A stretch of 32,000 bases of DNA from Candidatus Lokiarchaeum ossiferum (GTDB taxonomy: Archaea; Asgardarchaeota; Lokiarchaeia; Sigyniarchaeales; Promethearchaeaceae), in the NCBI GenBank assembly GCA_025839675.1, contig CP104013.1:2550001-2582000 (forward strand), given 5' to 3'. The position numbers were made by a program, and so were the translations under genes. This document shows, one piece after another, positions 31,482 through 32,000 of the stretch; position 1 is the stretch's first letter; every line of letters begins with the position of its first letter. The notes below the pieces were generated by a model. The model saw nothing but the letters and a program-made list of their open reading frames with translations. It did not search any database and had not been told where the DNA came from.

Positions 31482-32000
31482 CTATTCATACGTTTTTATT
31501 AATTTTTCAATATCTTTAACAACTCTCTCAGAAGAAACTGGATTAAAATCATGATCTAGCGCATTATTAGCATGATCAAAAAGATAATGGAGTTTTAATT
31601 CTCGATCTCCAGATAAACCTGATATCGGAAGTATATAGGATCTAGTCATCTGCATTTGTGTACGGTAGGCTAAAATAACACTGTCTCCAATTTTGCAAGT
31701 TTGATTCAAGTCTGGATTTGGTATAAATTGCATATGATAATCAATATCTTGTACTACATCGAAATTATATCTAATTTTATTTTTCCGAGCTTCATCCCAT
31801 GTTGAGCCAATTAAAGCATTAATTTGGTCACTATAATTCGTGTGATAAACTCCTCCTCCATAAGCGTAAGCTCGCTCTTTATAGAAATGAGAAATTTCTG
31901 TAAGATATATAAAAGCCGTCTTTTCAGCACAATCATTTCGAAATGCGTTTGAGGGAGTTGTGCCTAATAATGCGTTACCAGGTTCTACATGAGTCGCACC
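31482..32000 (-). CDS. hypothetical protein, N-terminus outside the window
   Basis: The track lists only 31482-31733 (83 aa from an internal Met). My translation shows the same frame stays open to the window edge, exactly 173 codons: GATHVEPGNALLGTTPSNAFRNDCAEKTAFIYLTEISHFYKERAYAYGGGVYHTNYSDQINALIGSTWDEARKNKIRYNFDVVQDIDYHMQFIPNPD... No family recognised. Confidence 0.6.
   Translation of the reverse strand, partial: GATHVEPGNALLGTTPSNAFRNDCAEKTAFIYLTEISHFYKERAYAYGGGVYHTNYSDQINALIGSTWDEARKNKIRYNFDVVQDIDYHMQFIPNPDLNQTCKIGDSVILAYRTQMQMTRSYILPISGLSGDRELKLHYLFDHANNALDHDFNPVSSERVVKDIEKLIKTYE

Noticed and set aside
1-32000. CRISPR arrays, rRNA genes, toxin-antitoxin pairs and known defence-system signatures
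   Set aside because: I saw no regularly spaced direct repeats, no rRNA-like GC-rich blocks and no nuclease, ATPase or methylase combinations typical of defence islands. The only methyltransferase is an RsmC-like MTS enzyme coupled to cbf5.

Overview
AT-rich archaeal chromosomal window, densely coding on both strands. A conserved information-processing core sits on the minus strand: rpoH and an unsplit 1130-aa rpoB, then upstream a small-domain SAM methyltransferase, Cbf5 and a Roadblock/LC7-fused Rab/Ras-like GTPase. The rest is accessory. It includes a wHTH regulator divergent from an MFS exporter, an Isf-like Fe-S flavoprotein, an M29 aminopeptidase and a DJ-1/PfpI protein. A set of secreted or membrane-anchored proteins is also present: a 1269-aa four-module parallel beta-helix protein, a 369-aa beta-helix paralog, a 742-aa zinc metalloprotease and a Kelch propeller. 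One intron-containing tRNA-Lys(UUU) lies among them. The unsplit rpoB, the Roadblock-GTPase fusion, a possible longin-like protein, the Kelch/PbH1 surface proteins and the low GC together suggest an Asgard (Lokiarchaeia-like) genome; this is inference, not a database result. The best candidate for an undescribed system is the minus-strand cluster at 16588-21958. It encodes a dCache-HAMP-TPR-vWA(MIDAS) membrane receptor, a translationally coupled dCache-HAMP paralog with no output domain, and a cytoplasmic ~6-bladed beta-propeller with a C-terminal zinc ribbon. Next to it, divergently, is a Pelota/eRF1-like protein lacking the N-terminal domain. Other points: rpoB is followed by a terminator and a convergent gene rather than rpoA1. 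A ~108-nt promoter/5'-end module is duplicated. T18 and T20 tracts follow two minus-strand genes. Several sub-60-aa ORFs are missing from the supplied track. No CRISPR array, rRNA, transposase or integrase was seen.
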